Shown in pieces: positions 62,476 through 64,000 of a stretch of DNA of 64,000 nucleotides. Under the pieces are notes generated by a model that worked only from the letters and a program-made list of their open reading frames with translations, did no database searches and had not been told where the DNA came from. A program made the translations under genes and the position numbers. The stretch comes from an uncultured virus (IMG/VR IMGVR_UViG_3300017643_000041) (taxonomy: Duplodnaviria; Heunggongvirae; Uroviricota; Caudoviricetes): the IMG/VR virus record IMGVR_UViG_3300017643_000041, one strand, 5' to 3'. Each line of letters begins with the position of its first letter. Position 1 is the stretch's first letter.

Positions 62476-64000
62476 ATGCGTTTTACTTTATGCACATCAA
62501 CTATTGAGGGTAGTACACAAAATTGTGTTTACCCTCACAAAAAGATAATTGCGGACGAAAATTCGCTGGCAGAGGCTGCAAAGTATGATCATGTAACTGC
62601 TGAATATAGAAACAGCTACCGAAGCTCAGATAACTTCATCCAGTCAGACTGTATTCCTATGGACTGTGATAATGATAATTCTGAGGATGAGAAAGCTTGG
62701 GTTACGCCTTTAGAAGTATCACTGGCGTTCCCGGACGTTAGTTTTGCTGTGGTCTATAGCAGAAACAATATGAAAGCTAAAGGGACAAAGGTAGCAAGAC
62801 CAAAATTTCACGTTTATTTTCCTATTCAGCCCTGCACAAATGTTAAAGAATATACAGACATAAAAAAGCAGATAGCAGCTCATTTTAAACACTTTGATGA
62901 AAATGCCTTGGATAGTGCTCGTTTTCTTTTTGGTACAGATAAGCCCAAGGTTGAGCTATGGGAGGGCAGTAGGACAGTAACCGATTTTATCTATGAAGAT
63001 GCTTTTTCAGCCTGGGAGAAAAGTTTAGAAGAAGTGCCAGAAGGCAAGCGCAATAGTACTATGAGCCATTTTGCTGGACGCATATTGAAACGCTTTGGTA
63101 ATACGGAAAAGGCCTATGAACTTTTTCTTAAGAAAGCTGAAAAATGCACTCCACCTCTACCTGAAGAAGAACTTAAGACCATTTGGCATAGTGCTGTGAA
63201 ATTTGGGGAGAAAGTGGAAAACCAAGAAGGCTATATACCACCTGAGAAATATAACTCTGAGTACAAGTTGAAACCGCTAGATTACTCAGATGTAGGACAA
63301 GCTACGATTATGGCTAAAGAATATGTAAATATGCTTAGGTATTCTCCTGCTACAGATTACCTTGTTTATAACGGTAGCTATTGGGAAGAGTCTAGACCAA
63401 AGTCTCAGGCTGTAGCTCAAGAGCTTACCTATCGTCAATTAGAAGAAGCAGAAGTAGAAATGAAAAAAGTTATGCAGGAGATGATGGGGAACGGTGCATG
63501 GGAAGTGCTGGTGGCAGTAGGCCCTAAAAAGGCACCACAATCAATGAATGAAAAACAACTTAATTCCTTTAAAAAGTATCAGGAAGCAGTGGTATATAGG
63601 AACTACGCTATTAAGCGCAGGGATAGTAAGTATATTACCTCAGCATTAAAAGAAGTAAGGCCAATGTTAGAAATTGAACAGCGTATTTTAGACACGGATG
63701 AGTATTTGCTTAACACTCCAACTTTTACCTTTGATTTACAGATAGGTATAAATGGTGCTAGAGAGCATAATCCTATGCATCTCATCACCAAGCAAACAGC
63801 AGTGGACCCTAGTGAAGAGGGAATGAGTCTTTGGCAGGATGCTTTAGATACTATTTTCGAGAAAGATACTAGTCTTATTCAATATGTTCAAGAAGTTACC
63901 GGCCTTGCTGCGATAGGTAAAGTGTATGAAGAATCACTCATTATTTCTTATGGTGAAGGTCGTAATGGCAAGTCTACCTTCTGGAATGTTATCTCTAGGG
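62476..64000 (+). CDS. Primase-helicase, truncated by the window end
   Basis: MRFTLCTS..., DCDND, EGKRN, GEGRNGKST; homologue of 7995-10238. Confidence 0.9.
   Translation, partial: MRFTLCTSTIEGSTQNCVYPHKKIIADENSLAEAAKYDHVTAEYRNSYRSSDNFIQSDCIPMDCDNDNSEDEKAWVTPLEVSLAFPDVSFAVVYSRNNMKAKGTKVARPKFHVYFPIQPCTNVKEYTDIKKQIAAHFKHFDENALDSARFLFGTDKPKVELWEGSRTVTDFIYEDAFSAWEKSLEEVPEGKRNSTMSHFAGRILKRFGNTEKAYELFLKKAEKCTPPLPEEELKTIWHSAVKFGEKVENQEGYIPPEKYNSEYKLKPLDYSDVGQATIMAKEYVNMLRYSPATDYLVYNGSYWEESRPKSQAVAQELTYRQLEEAEVEMKKVMQEMMGNGAWEVLVAVGPKKAPQSMNEKQLNSFKKYQEAVVYRNYAIKRRDSKYITSALKEVRPMLEIEQRILDTDEYLLNTPTFTFDLQIGINGAREHNPMHLITKQTAVDPSEEGMSLWQDALDTIFEKDTSLIQYVQEVTGLAAIGKVYEESLIISYGEGRNGKSTFWNVISR

Larger units (their letters stand above)
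50173..64000. mobile_element. Element 2: related prophage, truncated by the window end
   Basis: Second recombinase cassette and syntenic replication module. Confidence 0.8.

Noticed and set aside
1..64000. tRNA or rRNA genes
   Set aside because: None recognised by eye; a tRNAscan-SE run would be needed to exclude them

Overview
The window holds a nearly complete temperate siphovirus-type prophage (element 1, from left of position 1 to an att-like site at ~50173), directly followed by the left ~14 kb of a related second element (element 2, ~50173 to beyond 64000). Both begin with a leftward large-serine-recombinase cassette and a rightward replication module (Cas4-like exonuclease, ssDNA-binding protein, family A DNA polymerase, antirepressor, primase-helicase). 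Element 1 continues with VRR-NUC, a frameshifted SNF2 helicase, a late activator, HNH nucleases, terminase and HK97-type head genes. It then carries a tail with an RcGTA-like baseplate, lysis genes, a sigma-like regulator and a defence island (Hachiman plus a four-gene BtsI-like R-M system). The junction carries the last 13 codons of rlmD/rumA inside a 50-bp att-like inverted repeat, which suggests tandem accretion at rumA. A Bacillota host, probably diderm Negativicutes, is inferred but not shown. The most unusual unannotated signals are two tandem ~70-nt structured RNAs, each with its own promoter, inside the tail module; a bipartite motif TCGTCAAA-N13-CTCCA in 7 copies (candidate promoter of the phage sigma-like factor); a 4-nt insertion in the SNF2 Walker A; an orphan AbiEi antitoxin; and a moron bounded by inverted sites. 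Family names come from motif recognition and gene context, not database searches.
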